Of a stretch of DNA of 64,000 nt, positions 40,837-49,520 are shown in pieces. Both the position numbers and the translations under genes were made by a program. Numbering within the stretch: position 1 is the stretch's first letter; each line of letters starts with the position of its first letter. The notes beneath the pieces were generated by a model. It did not search any database, had not been told where the DNA came from, and saw only the letters and a list, made by a program, of their open reading frames with translations. The stretch is taken from sequence record OK905446.1; one strand, 5' to 3'.

Positions 40837-40863
40837 AGGGCAGCATAGTGCTGCCCTTTTTTA
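40837..40863 (+). terminator. intrinsic terminator
   Basis: AGGGCAGCA-tag-TGCTGCCCTTTTTT. Confidence 0.75.
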
Positions 40864-40876
40864 AAAGGAAAAATAC

Positions 40877-41245
40877 ATGGAATTTTTATTAGCTATCGCA
40901 CCTGTAGTAGGCATCTTCGTTATTGTATTACTTGCTCTACTAATTGTTTTCATCATGTCAAAGATATTCAAGTATGATGTGAAACTACCATACGGCAAAA
41001 TCATTCTAGCTACGCTAGTTCTGACTACGATTGTAAGTGGCTACAAAGTCTTCACTTCGCCAATCACACGCCCGACTGTAAACGAAGCTGTGAACGATAC
41101 TGCACGATATGAAGTCGATCCGATGATTAAACTCGAAGCGCCAAAAGCAAACGACAATTCATTCAAATCTGAAGAAGTTGATGTAACAACTCTGAAAAGC
41201 GAAGATAAAATCAAAGAACACGCTGCAAATTCAGTTACGAACTAA
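40877..41245 (+). CDS. hypothetical membrane protein
   Basis: Two hydrophobic segments; AAGGA RBS. Confidence 0.7.
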   Translation: MEFLLAIAPVVGIFVIVLLALLIVFIMSKIFKYDVKLPYGKIILATLVLTTIVSGYKVFTSPITRPTVNEAVNDTARYEVDPMIKLEAPKANDNSFKSEEVDVTTLKSEDKIKEHAANSVTN

Positions 41246-41531
41246 CAACCTTCCCCGCACCACCTGCAACCGTATCGCCACATGTTAGCGTGTCACCGAT
41301 ACGGATTGCATTACTCCCCTCGATAAACACTTTCGGACTGTATGTTGCTGCGCTACCTGCGTGGCAATCATACGGTTTTACTGTGTTACAGTGCGTCACA
41401 TGAACTAAGTTCGCTACTGATAACGCTGGTTTCCCTTGTACTGATACTTTCCCACTGCCGCCCGTCACGATAGTTGGTGGATATGTGCCATGACCTGTTG
41501 TCGGTTCATCTGCACCTGCTAATGCTGGCAT
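41235..41531 (-). CDS. gp5.4: PAAR-repeat spike tip
   Basis: TTGHGTYPPT, VQGKPA, HVTHC, AIRIGDTLTCGDTV. Confidence 0.92.
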   Translation of the reverse strand: MPALAGADEPTTGHGTYPPTIVTGGSGKVSVQGKPALSVANLVHVTHCNTVKPYDCHAGSAATYSPKVFIEGSNAIRIGDTLTCGDTVAGGAGKVVSS

Positions 41532-41532
41532 A

Positions 41533-42015
41533 TTATGCTCCTGCTGCTATGTAATCTCTAAGTTGCTGCGCCCACGTATCCCACTTACCTTTAACTGTCT
41601 GTGTGAACGTCTCGACAAGCTGCCGATCTTCAATCACACCTGGCAATAAAGGGTCTTCATACTGATAATTCACAGTAACTTCGTAGAAATAATCAGTAGA
41701 CAACGGGCTTGGCGCTTCGAAACGATACACATGACCATGAATCGGATTGGCAGGCAAGTCTTCAAACCTGCTCACTTCATGATAACTATTGTCTCGTGTA
41801 TCGCGATATTTTAAACCACTTGGTCCCAAATCAAACGAGTCTTGATACTGCCCGTGATAACGAGCACCAACAACTGTGATGCCGTTATTAACTCGATAAT
41901 CTGTTATGTTGATGTCAACAAGAGTTTCTCCGAGATCAAGAACGGCAGAGAACGTCACATCGACGTTCTCACCTTCTGCTATCTCTTCTAACTCAATTGG
42001 TAGAATACTAGCCAT
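41533..42015 (-). CDS. gp5.1: gp5.1-like baseplate-region protein
   Basis: ASILPIELEEIAEG, YHGQYQDSF, KYR, W..WAQQLRDYI; synteny. Confidence 0.8.
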   Translation of the reverse strand: MASILPIELEEIAEGENVDVTFSAVLDLGETLVDINITDYRVNNGITVVGARYHGQYQDSFDLGPSGLKYRDTRDNSYHEVSRFEDLPANPIHGHVYRFEAPSPLSTDYFYEVTVNYQYEDPLLPGVIEDRQLVETFTQTVKGKWDTWAQQLRDYIAAGA

Positions 42016-42019
42016 TCAA

Positions 42020-43237
42020 TTACCCTAGGCTTACTGTTGAGCCATCTAGTGCAGCCGCGCCAGCTAAGTTCAACGTTGCACCGCCACCATCATCACTAAT
42101 CGAAGCTGCTGAACGTGTATATGATGAGCTAACGCTTTCAGAAACTGAACCACCGACTGTAAGAGTGTAATTACCGCTAATATGCTGCGTGTAATCGCCC
42201 GTAACAGTGCTTTGAACGTTTCCGCCCACACTTTGTTGAACATTACCGTCGACCGTCTGTGTGACGTTCTGATGCACTGTTTGCGTGACATCTTGATCGA
42301 CTGTCTGAGTTACATTCATTTCGACGTGTTGATCCACATTCCCTTTGACATGTTGCTTCAAGTCGCCGTCGATCTGTTGAGTTACGTTTTGTTGACAGTA
42401 GAACGTAGCATCACCAACAACTGTAATATTCAAGTTGCCTTTGATGTACACATTCTGATTCATTTGAACAATTTCAAAATCATCACCAACGATTTTCGTA
42501 ACTCGACTGCCGTCGGGGTGAATCTCTTCAAATGTACCCGTTCTGTGATACGTGTGAAGACGTTCAGCACCTGCCGTGTCATCTATTTCATGCACATGCC
42601 CAGATTCAGATTCACGAACGTGATTGAATGGATATTGAGCAGCATACGGTGTTGGCTTCTCATCGTATTTCACACCCTCTGCATCATACCCAGCAAGCGG
42701 TATTTGCTTCTCTTCGGCATTCCGTTTAAGACCTATGATAGAGTGAGGTCGATAAACGTATGGCGCGTCGCCACTATCAAAAGCTTGCTGAGACTGTGAT
42801 TCGTCGTACACATCGGGGTCAACGTCATTACGAGCTAGACGGTTTGTATCTGGCTCATTGAGCTTATCAGCTAACGGATATTTTTCATTCGGGTCATTAA
42901 ACCCAATACTACCATTCGCTACTTCTTCTGGTATGCCAGGCAATACTCCCATGGCAACTGCATCTTGACGCAATTTGTCACGAAAGAATCCAAAAACCCA
43001 TGTGCCTTCAACGACACCAATCGGCGCGTTGCCAATGCCATTCATTGCTGCATTATCAAGAGACTGCATGGGATGAACCCAAAGCAGTTCTTCAGTTCGA
43101 ATACCCTGATCTGAACTTTTCTTATCAGGGTGCAGACCTATCATGCGAACTTTAATTCTGCCTAATTTGAGTGGGTCAGTAGTTCGATCTTCAACTACGC
43201 CAGTCCACCACTCAAACCCATCTAATCCCATAAACAT
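42020..43237 (-). CDS. gp5: baseplate central spike without lysozyme domain
   Basis: WWTGVVEDR...LGRIKVR OB-fold, YPFNHVRESESGH, 8-residue VxGN repeats; 405 aa. Confidence 0.93.
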   Translation of the reverse strand: MFMGLDGFEWWTGVVEDRTTDPLKLGRIKVRMIGLHPDKKSSDQGIRTEELLWVHPMQSLDNAAMNGIGNAPIGVVEGTWVFGFFRDKLRQDAVAMGVLPGIPEEVANGSIGFNDPNEKYPLADKLNEPDTNRLARNDVDPDVYDESQSQQAFDSGDAPYVYRPHSIIGLKRNAEEKQIPLAGYDAEGVKYDEKPTPYAAQYPFNHVRESESGHVHEIDDTAGAERLHTYHRTGTFEEIHPDGSRVTKIVGDDFEIVQMNQNVYIKGNLNITVVGDATFYCQQNVTQQIDGDLKQHVKGNVDQHVEMNVTQTVDQDVTQTVHQNVTQTVDGNVQQSVGGNVQSTVTGDYTQHISGNYTLTVGGSVSESVSSSYTRSAASISDDGGGATLNLAGAAALDGSTVSLG

Positions 43238-44508
43238 TATTTGTTGCTCCCCGCAATTGCTATATTCACTGATGAATCACTCGAAAGCTCAAGAGTCGTT
43301 ATGAATGCATTTGGCTCTACACGATGTTTAAGCTCATGAACAATCCAACGACCTGACGCATCTAAACTAGAATGATTCTCACCCGTTACAGCGTGATAGT
43401 CCATGAACACGACATCACCCACAGTGATATTTGTATTTCCCGGGATTTCGACAATGATCTGCTTCGCTTTCAGATAAGTCTCTTCCATTAGAGATACGCC
43501 ATGAATAGACCCAAGCGGGTGTTTATTATCATGCTCGTAAAACCCATCGTTTGGCAATAACTGAATGCTATTCAATGGCTGTTCAGTCTCAGGTACTTCA
43601 CTTGCAAATTCAAGATTATCGGTATACATGTGAGCACGTTCATTGAGTATGCCAACTTGAGCTATGTAGTCGCTTCGACGAACGTCTTTTGTTGTCAATT
43701 TCTTTCGAATTAAACTATGAGAATATGTCCTAGACCCAAATAATCCACTAGAAATCTCATGCATGTTAGATTGTTCTTTCACCACAACTCGCAATGCTGT
43801 GATTGTGTTTGTGTTGCCTGATGTCCATTTACCATCACCAGTATCAGCACCCTTGCGAATTATGTATTCGTACTCTTTTGAACGAATTGTACCAAGAGAC
43901 GCGAACTTAACTGAATCTCGGTCTTCGTAGAACAAGAATTTACAGCTATTGTTCACGTCTGTGCTTGCGTGATCGACAATGCTCTTAATGATGTCATAAG
44001 GCTTGCCGATTTTTGTGACGAAATCTCTTTGATACAACGATGTTTCGATGTCGTACACGGGAGCTTCATCGCCTAAATTATCAAGAATTGACTTGATGAT
44101 GTTCGATATACTAGTTTTGTTAAACACGTACGGGCGCTTAACATAATCGTTCAACGTAATCAAGTTGTTTGTGAAACGTACTAATACAGATTCAAATCCA
44201 CCTGTTCTAGCTGGCATTCTTGATATGCCTGTAGCACGGAACGATTTTTGATATACTCGATTTGCTTGCTCCCCGACATACGACGCAAACTCAACGTCGA
44301 TAGCTTCAAATCCCGTCATGCGAATCGTGTCAACGACACCAATCGAATCTTTGAACATGAACATGCCAGAAACCAACCCATTAAGTGATTCATAAATTTC
44401 CATGTGAGTGATTTCATTCTCCACAGTCGCGGAGAAATCTAGACCACGAATATGAATCTTGCTAACCACAAAGTTCTCAACTGGGTTAGCGGAGCGCATT
44501 TCAAACAT
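43237..44508 (-). CDS. gp27: baseplate hub protein
   Basis: ITHMEIYESLNGLVSGMFMFKDS, PGNTNITVGDVV, WIVHELKH resemble T4 gp27. Confidence 0.75.
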   Translation of the reverse strand: MFEMRSANPVENFVVSKIHIRGLDFSATVENEITHMEIYESLNGLVSGMFMFKDSIGVVDTIRMTGFEAIDVEFASYVGEQANRVYQKSFRATGISRMPARTGGFESVLVRFTNNLITLNDYVKRPYVFNKTSISNIIKSILDNLGDEAPVYDIETSLYQRDFVTKIGKPYDIIKSIVDHASTDVNNSCKFLFYEDRDSVKFASLGTIRSKEYEYIIRKGADTGDGKWTSGNTNTITALRVVVKEQSNMHEISSGLFGSRTYSHSLIRKKLTTKDVRRSDYIAQVGILNERAHMYTDNLEFASEVPETEQPLNSIQLLPNDGFYEHDNKHPLGSIHGVSLMEETYLKAKQIIVEIPGNTNITVGDVVFMDYHAVTGENHSSLDASGRWIVHELKHRVEPNAFITTLELSSDSSVNIAIAGSNK

Positions 44509-44509
44509 T

Positions 44510-45088
44510 TTATACCCCTGATAATTTCATAAATGTGCTAATGTATGTGCTTACATCATCGGTAGACAATACATTAATCACTCGACTTTCTTCGTTTCGG
44601 TTGAACTCATATTCATCAACTGAAACTGGAATCATTACGCCATGATAAAGAATTTCTCGATGATCTTCTTGACCTTCTTCAGGCGCGTTATTGTTCCAAT
44701 CAAATTCGTTGTACCAGTTTCGTGGGTTTTCTGGGTCTTCGACCATATCAAACCACCAACGACCTTGCTCATCTACATGGTGATGAACTTGCTCATTGCC
44801 ACCGATATATTGATAACGATAAATAGCGTTCTCAGAAACGGTTTCGTTGGGCTGAACCCAATCATAAAACGGGTCAACTCTTTGATTTAAAAGCATAATC
44901 ATCCAATACAGCGACGTATCACCGTACAGTTCATATGCAATCTGTTCGGGGCGATAGTCGCCCCTAATTTTATACTGAATCAGCGTGTAAGACGGGATGA
45001 TCTGCTTGTGATAGTAATTCAAATTTTTGAATATGTTAGCCGTCTCAACACCTTGATATTCAGTCTTGTCAAATATCGCGAAAATCAT
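44510..45088 (-). CDS. gp53: baseplate wedge protein (LysM-like)
   Basis: YRPEQIAYELYGDTSLYWMIMLLN...DPFYDW. Confidence 0.93.
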   Translation of the reverse strand: MIFAIFDKTEYQGVETANIFKNLNYYHKQIIPSYTLIQYKIRGDYRPEQIAYELYGDTSLYWMIMLLNQRVDPFYDWVQPNETVSENAIYRYQYIGGNEQVHHHVDEQGRWWFDMVEDPENPRNWYNEFDWNNNAPEEGQEDHREILYHGVMIPVSVDEYEFNRNEESRVINVLSTDDVSTYISTFMKLSGV

Positions 45089-46233
45089 TAGAATAAGCTC
45101 CCAATATCACCAAAGAATGAACCCGAATCATTGCTGTTGCCGCTTGCAGTAGTCGTACCGTTATCGTAACCACGAACGCTACTTGCTTGATCTCGCTCGT
45201 ACATTGCACGATCCATAGGGATAAGTTCGCTGAATGTAATCTCAAGCTCGATGCCTGCCGGGTCACCTGCTGTGCCTCTGAAAGTTCGCCAGTATTGATC
45301 TGGTGTTCTGTTCAATTTAACTGAAGTGATACCCGCGGGACCGAAAACGAATCGTGGCGTGTATCTTGCTGCGTCAACATCTGACACTTCTTCAATCATC
45401 CACACAGGTGGCGTTTTCAACAACGTCGCATATTTTGCAAAACCATTCGCAAAACCAGAGCCTAGATTTGCAGTGCCAGTATCTAATAGCTGTGATGAAA
45501 TCTGACCTTTAACTGGCAGCGACAAGCGATAAAACGTCTTGATAATCTCACCAACAATCTTCAACTCATCGAGTGATTTTGGGTGAAATTGATACATCAA
45601 AGTTTGTTGACGTTGCGCGGTACCCTTGTATGCCGTGACAGTAACGTTATCAGTAACGACGCTGCTGTTTTTCTCAAGCTGACCGGCTGCATTCGATTGA
45701 ATGAACGAACGTTTAATCTGTGCCAACGTCGCACCTGCTGCTGTAGCAACGGCTTTCTTACCCGCTTCAACACCCTGAGATACAGTATCTGCACCTGCCG
45801 CGGTAGCTGCTGCCGCTAAGAAATCATTAAGAACAGACGTTGGTGTTTTGTCGTATTCGTGTGAAACTTCTTCAATTAGGTTAGGAGCATACAATGCCAT
45901 AGTTGCCATCAACTCGCTCGGGATCTCAGCCGCTTGCTTTGATTCTTTCGACGAAGCAGTGAATGATTGTCGCATATCCGTGTAATGTTGCTTAGTTGTA
46001 CTCGCCAAGTCATATGCACGAAATATGAAGAAGTTCGAGTGACCAGAACGTGCGCCTAAATTTGGCGGATATGTCAATGCCACAATATTAGACGTGCTTA
46101 CTCGCCCTTGGTCGGTCTCTTGAGTAATTTCTGATGTGCTGCTTTCAACTCCGCCACTATCAGTAACAGCCAACACACGGTCAAGCGTATCACTCTGTTT
46201 GCCGCTAAGACCTATGTAACCAAATAGTCCCAT
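45088..46233 (-). CDS. gp48: baseplate tail tube cap
   Basis: R..MYQFHPKS.DE...V.EIIKTF, PPVW, FGPAGITSV, IELEITFSE. Confidence 0.85.
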   Translation of the reverse strand: MGLFGYIGLSGKQSDTLDRVLAVTDSGGVESSTSEITQETDQGRVSTSNIVALTYPPNLGARSGHSNFFIFRAYDLASTTKQHYTDMRQSFTASSKESKQAAEIPSELMATMALYAPNLIEEVSHEYDKTPTSVLNDFLAAAATAAGADTVSQGVEAGKKAVATAAGATLAQIKRSFIQSNAAGQLEKNSSVVTDNVTVTAYKGTAQRQQTLMYQFHPKSLDELKIVGEIIKTFYRLSLPVKGQISSQLLDTGTANLGSGFANGFAKYATLLKTPPVWMIEEVSDVDAARYTPRFVFGPAGITSVKLNRTPDQYWRTFRGTAGDPAGIELEITFSELIPMDRAMYERDQASSVRGYDNGTTTASGNSNDSGSFFGDIGSLF

Positions 46234-46259
46234 GTTAGTTTCTCCTTAAAATATATCTG

Positions 46260-46281
46260 TATTTAGACGCGATACTAAATA
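46260..46281. promoter_or_regulatory. divergent late promoters
   Basis: CTAAATA on - (46260-46266) and on + (46275-46281). Confidence 0.7.
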
Positions 46282-46298
46282 TAAGAAAGGAGGCGTTT

Positions 46299-46754
46299 AT
46301 GGCATATTCTGGCAAATACGTTCCAACAAACAAATCAAAGTACAAAGGCAATTATCAGAAGATCGAGTACCGAAGCTCATGGGAATTGTCTTTCATGCGC
46401 TGGTGTGACAACAACCCGCATGTTGTTCGTTGGAATTCTGAAGAAATCGTTATACCTTACGTTAGCTCGGCTGATGGGGGTAAAAAACGTAGATATTTCA
46501 TGGACTTTTTTGTAGAACTATCTGACGGAAGAAAGTTCATTTTTGAAATCAAACCACACAAAGAAACGATCCCACCTGAGAAGCCACAGCGGCTGACTGA
46601 GAAGGCAAAAAAGAGACTCTTGCACGAGGTTTACACATACAGAGTAAATCAAGACAAATGGACTGCTGCGATTAAATTTGCGAAGCAAAAGGGATGGACG
46701 TTTCGAGTGTTAACCGAACACGGTCTTAGAAAATTAATAGGACTTAGAGTATGA
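46299..46754 (+). CDS. gp4: head completion protein (TnsA-like nuclease fold)
   Basis: MAYSGKY.PTNKSKYKG, YRSSWE, WNSEEIVIPY, RRYFMDF, EIKP. Confidence 0.95.
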   Translation: MAYSGKYVPTNKSKYKGNYQKIEYRSSWELSFMRWCDNNPHVVRWNSEEIVIPYVSSADGGKKRRYFMDFFVELSDGRKFIFEIKPHKETIPPEKPQRLTEKAKKRLLHEVYTYRVNQDKWTAAIKFAKQKGWTFRVLTEHGLRKLIGLRV

Positions 46755-47155
46755 TTAGTGATTATCTAGATGATGCATGGATTGATGAACGAGCATATCA
46801 TGTACCCGAGGCGGATTTAGCCGTTACTCTTGAGTACGCAAAAGAGAACGGGGTAAATAAGACTGCTGGTCTTTCATCTGAACAAGCACTTGAAATGTGG
46901 GCAAATGATGATTATAAAAATTATCAAATAGCTAGACGTGCAGAATATATGCACACCGAAGAATATAAAGAAAAGATCAGCAATGCAAATCGCGGGAAGA
47001 CTCGTTCAGAGAAATCTAAGGCTGCATATCGAAAGGCGGCTAGTTCTAGACCGAAGTCGGCTTGCCCACATTGTGGTAAGCTATACGCAAAGCCAAATAT
47101 GGCTCAACACGAGCCTAGTTGTAGACGAAAACACAGCGAGGTAGAACATGGCTAG
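46751..47155 (+). CDS. NUMOD3/zinc-finger protein, homing-endonuclease-related
   Basis: EEYKEKISNANRGKTRSEKSK (NUMOD3-like) and CPHCGK...H...C; no GIY-YIG/HNH motif seen. Confidence 0.6.
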   Translation: MISDYLDDAWIDERAYHVPEADLAVTLEYAKENGVNKTAGLSSEQALEMWANDDYKNYQIARRAEYMHTEEYKEKISNANRGKTRSEKSKAAYRKAASSRPKSACPHCGKLYAKPNMAQHEPSCRRKHSEVEHG

Positions 47156-47744
47156 AACAGATAGATCACCGAAGAAAAAAGAGAGTCTTCTTGCCAGCTT
47201 TCAAGCTCAAACTCATGAGCTTGGTCGTACTCCAATTGCAAAGAATCAGCGAAAATCACTAGCGTGGTTTAAAAAGCGAGTTCATGACGCAATTCGTAGT
47301 CGAAAAGTGCAAGTTCCACACAAAGGCAACATGTATGTTTTCGCGTACGACGCAAAGACCAAACATCAATTACCGTATTGGGATAAGTTCCCATGTATCA
47401 TATGCTTGGGGCAACAAAAGGGATATATGCTTGGTTTGAACTTGCATTACATCCCGCCCAAAGATCGCGAGAAATTTTTAACTACATTACTAAGATTCGC
47501 AAACACGAAAACAGTTAGCAACTCCACGAAGCTTATGATTGACTGGGGTCGAGTGAAAAACATTAAATTCAGTAAACATATGGTGAAATTGTACATTCTA
47601 AAGCGTATCAAAGGTTCGCTTGAAGAAGTTAAACCACATGACTGGTACAACGTTATTCACATGCCATTGCAACAATTCGTTGCCAAAAATGGTCGCAACA
47701 TTTCTGCTGTTCGTGCGTACGATGATCGTTATAGAAGGAGATAA
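47148..47744 (+). CDS. gp2: DNA end protector protein
   Basis: YVFAYDAKTKHQLPYWDKFP, GLNLHYIPP. Confidence 0.93.
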   Translation: MARTDRSPKKKESLLASFQAQTHELGRTPIAKNQRKSLAWFKKRVHDAIRSRKVQVPHKGNMYVFAYDAKTKHQLPYWDKFPCIICLGQQKGYMLGLNLHYIPPKDREKFLTTLLRFANTKTVSNSTKLMIDWGRVKNIKFSKHMVKLYILKRIKGSLEEVKPHDWYNVIHMPLQQFVAKNGRNISAVRAYDDRYRRR

Positions 47745-47747
47745 CGA

Positions 47748-48494
47748 ATGGCAATCGGAATAGATGTTAAGAAGTTCTTATCTCACATCACGAAGAACGA
47801 CTTAGCAAGACAAAACTTGTATGCGGTGCGATTTGCATCGCTGCAAGATACAGCAAAGCAAGTCATGAATACCGGCGAATCATTCTTGAACGCCGATTTC
47901 AGTGACATTAAGGGTGTCGGTGTGCAAGATGCCCTTGCTTCAACTGCTTCGCTATTCGGATCTGGGTTTGAGTTTGAACGAAATATAGGGATGATGGTTA
48001 AATCAGTCAACATCCCAGGTTCGTCGTACGAAACAGACGTTGATAAGACACGTCGCAGACCTCATCACGTAGTCAAAGCAAAGACCGATGAGACGGTCAC
48101 TATGTCGTTGTATTTGTCACCAACTCACCCAGAGCGTAAGATGCTGCTAGGTTGGTTTAAGCAAATCTACGCGAATGATTCAGCACAAGTTGGATTCTTC
48201 GCTAACTATGCTCGTACAATCGAGATCTACACGTACGACCGAAATGCAGACATGGTAACAATGACCAGTCTTAAAAATGCGTTTCCGATTCGTGTTGGTG
48301 GGGTTCAACTAGGTTACGAAAACAACAACGCGGTCGCTGAATTTGAAGTTGAATTTGTGTATGAAAGTGCATCATATATGACTGAAGATTTATCAAGCAC
48401 AGTCTCGGATGCGTTGGGTATCACTCAGAACTTCGAGAAAACATATAACAGCTTTTTCAATACAGGCACTGAATTGATTTCAGGTCTATTCTAA
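47748..48494 (+). CDS. gp54: baseplate tail tube initiator
   Basis: DLARQNLYAV, VKSVNIPG, AFPIRVGGVQLGYENNNAVAEFEVEFVY. Confidence 0.85.
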   Translation: MAIGIDVKKFLSHITKNDLARQNLYAVRFASLQDTAKQVMNTGESFLNADFSDIKGVGVQDALASTASLFGSGFEFERNIGMMVKSVNIPGSSYETDVDKTRRRPHHVVKAKTDETVTMSLYLSPTHPERKMLLGWFKQIYANDSAQVGFFANYARTIEIYTYDRNADMVTMTSLKNAFPIRVGGVQLGYENNNAVAEFEVEFVYESASYMTEDLSSTVSDALGITQNFEKTYNSFFNTGTELISGLF

Positions 48495-48504
48495 GGTAAA
48501 CATC

Positions 48505-49353
48505 ATGACCAAAACATTTGATATTAGCGTACTAGCTGCGCCACAATATACTGTAAAACTACCATCAACTGGTGAAGAAATTAAACTGCGTGCAATGCTT
48601 GCAAAAGAGCACAAAGCATTGCTAATCGCGAATGAATCCGATGAAAAGATAGACGCAATCGAACAATGTCTTGAAAACTGTATTGTTTCTGACATCAACA
48701 TGGACGAACTGACTGTTGGTGATGCTGAATATCTGTTCTTGCACATGTACATGAACAGCAATGGTGTGACTAGCATTCAAGCCGAATACAACTGCTGTGC
48801 AGATAAGCCAGAAGAAGAGCTTCAGAAACTTTCTCAAGAGGAAGAAGCAGAGCTTGAAAAATCTGCCGATGACATCTTCGCTGAGATCATGAATCAATCA
48901 GACGAAGAAGCAATCGAATCTGTGTTTGCACCAGAAAAACATTTGTGTGGTGAACGAATTACAACAAACATCGACTTGAAATCTGCATTCGTACCGGAAT
49001 ATAAAGGCGAAGACTTTGTTAAAGTCAACCCTCGCGTTGTAATCAAGTTGCAACACCCAACTATTCGCGTTTACGAGAACAACGACCCGAATACACCACA
49101 AGGGTTGTTCAACATTGCAGTTGCTGCGATTAAAGAAGTTCACGTTGGCGATACTGTGTACACCAAAGAAGAATTGGAAGCTCAGAATCAACTAGTCAAC
49201 ATCATGGGCGAACTCGACACGGCAGCATTCAAGAAAGTTCAAACGTTTGTTGATTCTGTACCGCGTGTGACATCACACATCGACGTTAAATGTCCGAAGT
49301 GTGGCAACCACGAGAAAGTAACCCTACGAGGCATCGAAGATTTTTTCGTATAA
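48505..49353 (+). CDS. gp26: baseplate hub assembly protein
   Basis: VKLPSTGEEIKLR, two Cys clusters, CPKCG...LRGIEDFF. Confidence 0.88.
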   Translation: MTKTFDISVLAAPQYTVKLPSTGEEIKLRAMLAKEHKALLIANESDEKIDAIEQCLENCIVSDINMDELTVGDAEYLFLHMYMNSNGVTSIQAEYNCCADKPEEELQKLSQEEEAELEKSADDIFAEIMNQSDEEAIESVFAPEKHLCGERITTNIDLKSAFVPEYKGEDFVKVNPRVVIKLQHPTIRVYENNDPNTPQGLFNIAVAAIKEVHVGDTVYTKEELEAQNQLVNIMGELDTAAFKKVQTFVDSVPRVTSHIDVKCPKCGNHEKVTLRGIEDFFV

Positions 49354-49520
49354 TGCTCGGTAGATACTCACTTGAAGAGTATTACAAGGAAAATTTTGCC
49401 ATGATCACTCATGGCAATTTCTCTCTTCACGATTTAGAAACAATGGTTCTATTCGAGCGTGAAATCTATGCCGCACAGCTTATACATTACATCCAAGAAA
49501 AGAATAAGGAACAACAATAA
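49353..49520 (+). CDS. gp51: gp51-like C-terminal module (standalone or frameshift fusion)
   Basis: EEYYKENFAMITHGNFSLHDLETMVLFEREIY resembles C-terminus of T4 gp51; TAATG overlap; upstream T TTT TTC heptamer. Confidence 0.8.
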   Translation: MLGRYSLEEYYKENFAMITHGNFSLHDLETMVLFEREIYAAQLIHYIQEKNKEQQ

